From assembly GCF_963921235.1 (NCBI RefSeq), contig NC_086118.1, forward strand, positions 27,654,001 through 27,718,000: a stretch of DNA of 64,000 bases. The letters run 5' to 3'. The notes under the pieces were generated by a model, which saw nothing but the letters and a program-made list of their open reading frames with translations, had not been told where the DNA came from and did not search any database. The position numbers and the translations under genes were made by a program. The DNA comes from Mobula hypostoma (Eukaryota). Shown one piece after another: positions 63,626 through 64,000 of this stretch (its first letter is position 1; each line of letters starts with the position of its first letter).

Positions 63626-64000
63626 CAGTGCCTATAAAAAGTATTTACCTCCACCCCATCCTGGAAGTTTTCATGTTTAATTGTTTTGCAGCATCAAATC
63701 ACGGTGGATTTAATTTGGCTTTTCTGACACTGATCAACAGAAAAAGACTCTTTCATGTCAAAGTGATAAGAGATCGCTACGAAGTGATCTTAATTACTTA
63801 CAAAAATAAAATAAAAATAATTAGTTGCATAAGTATTCACTGCCTTCAAGTCAGTATTGAGTAGATGTACCTTTGGCAGCACTTACAGCCTTGAGTCTGT
63901 GTTGATAGGTCTCTAATAGCTTTGCACAACTGGGCACTGCAACTTTTCTCCATTTGTCTTTATGAAACTGCTCAAGCTCTGTCAGATTGCATGGGAATTG
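63626..64000 (-). mobile_element. Tc1-family DNA transposon end (IR/DR type), running off the window
   Basis: TA followed by CAGTGCCTATAAAAAGTATT terminus; inner repeat GTTGCATAAGTATTCAC; minus strand encodes PCNLTELEQF..W..CAKLLETYQHRLKAVSAAKGTSTQY*. Confidence 0.88.

Overview
Eukaryotic, repeat-rich vertebrate genomic DNA. The repeat spectrum (abundant CR1, Penelope-like, Rex1/Babar, RTE, L1, V-SINE-like) suggests a cartilaginous fish, probably a ray; this is inference. Only one host gene is supported: a single-coding-exon urotensin-II-receptor-type GPCR (minus strand, 17208..18314) in a CpG-rich, TE-poor island. Almost all other ORFs are transposon fragments or their antisense shadows. The most notable structures are: (1) a young L1 with a 5' inversion, 13-bp TSD and junction microhomologies, the twin-priming signature; (2) a Penelope-like family with a minimal type I hammerhead ribozyme, one intact copy and about 9 degenerate or partial ones, often in fold-back mini-insertions; (3) a miniature non-coding LTR element with TA..CA ends and a tRNA-Ser(CGA)-type PBS, nested CR1 > LTR > RTE; (4) a short RTE-derived element whose 5' end fits an HDV-like ribozyme fold; (5) a solo-LTR-like element filled with tandem arrays; (6) an internally deleted hAT/Charlie transposon with intact TIRs and TSD. 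Family calls come from motif recognition only, with no database searches, and boundaries of old elements are approximate.
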